Source: an uncultured delta proteobacterium | GTDB lineage: Bacteria; Myxococcota_A; Polyangia; Palsa-1104 | Reading direction: 5' to 3' | DNA: 64,000 bases | Assembly: GCA_963785725.1 (NCBI GenBank) | Contig: CAWAWS010000003.1 | Location: 64,001-128,000, forward strand | Notes under the pieces: model-generated | What the model was told of the DNA's origin: nothing | The model's database searches: none | What the model saw: the letters and a program-made list of their open reading frames with translations, nothing else | In this document: piece by piece, positions 63,761-64,000 of the stretch | How the letters are laid out: each line of letters starts with the position of its first letter | Numbering within the stretch: position 1 is the first letter of the stretch | Position numbers and translations under genes: made by a program

Positions 63761-63833
63761 TGGAGTCGGAGGGAGTTGAACCCTCGTCTCTGCGATGCGA
63801 GCGCAGCGTGTTCCCGTTATTCACCACGACCCC
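63761..63833 (-). tRNA. tRNA-Ala(CGC)
   Basis: GGGGTCG TG GTGAATAACGGGAACAC G CTGCG CT-CGC-AT CGCAG AGAC GAGGG TTCAACT CCCTC CGACTCC A; G3:U70 and A73 present. Confidence 0.9.
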
Positions 63834-63918
63834 TTGCTACAGCGGCGAGACACGACGAGCAGTGTTGAAAGACCGAGCGCGTCCTGCATAGGTCGTCATT
63901 CGGCGTTTCATTCAGCTG

Positions 63919-63991
63919 CGCCCCAGCGAGGAGTCGAACCTCGTTCTCCGGTGCTTCAGACCAGCGCGTAGACCGCATACGCTACCGGGGC
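63919..63991 (-). tRNA. tRNA-Phe(GAA)
   Basis: GCCCCGG TA GCGT ATGCGGTCT ACGC G CTGGT CT-GAA-GC ACCGG AGAA CGAGG TTCGACT CCTCG CTGGGGC G. Confidence 0.85.
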
Positions 63992-64000
63992 GTGGCGCCT

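Overview
GC-rich bacterial DNA whose protein content looks myxobacterial (a MYXO-CTERM-like sorting tail, Cys-rich secreted proteins, a Ser/Thr kinase-TPR module); the taxonomy is inferred. Several genes are split by small indels, probably sequencing errors. Left to right: kaiC-kaiB-kaiB-PAS hybrid kinase, a short TIR-bounded element, a GH13 enzyme and a dioxygenase-like lipoprotein, a TetR/tautomerase pair bracketed by palindromic repeats, an RND-MFP-TolC pump, assorted enzymes (PL7, SDRs, P450, MAPEG, VOC), a TraA/TraB-like surface protein pair, methyltransferase plus HAD protein, an OprO/P porin, a beta-helix lipoprotein, a GT2/GT21, phosphomannomutase with an apparently rearranged mannose-6-phosphate isomerase, lgt, and a kinase module. 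The most interesting region is 59.6-64 kb on the minus strand. There a Ro60/TROVE gene and rtcB are interleaved with at least 9 partly atypical tRNA genes, two similar small structured RNAs (Y RNA candidates), and a 193-nt tRNA-shaped RNA whose anticodon loop is replaced by a 128-nt structured insert. The array probably continues past the window end. All RNA structures were folded by hand and no searches were run.
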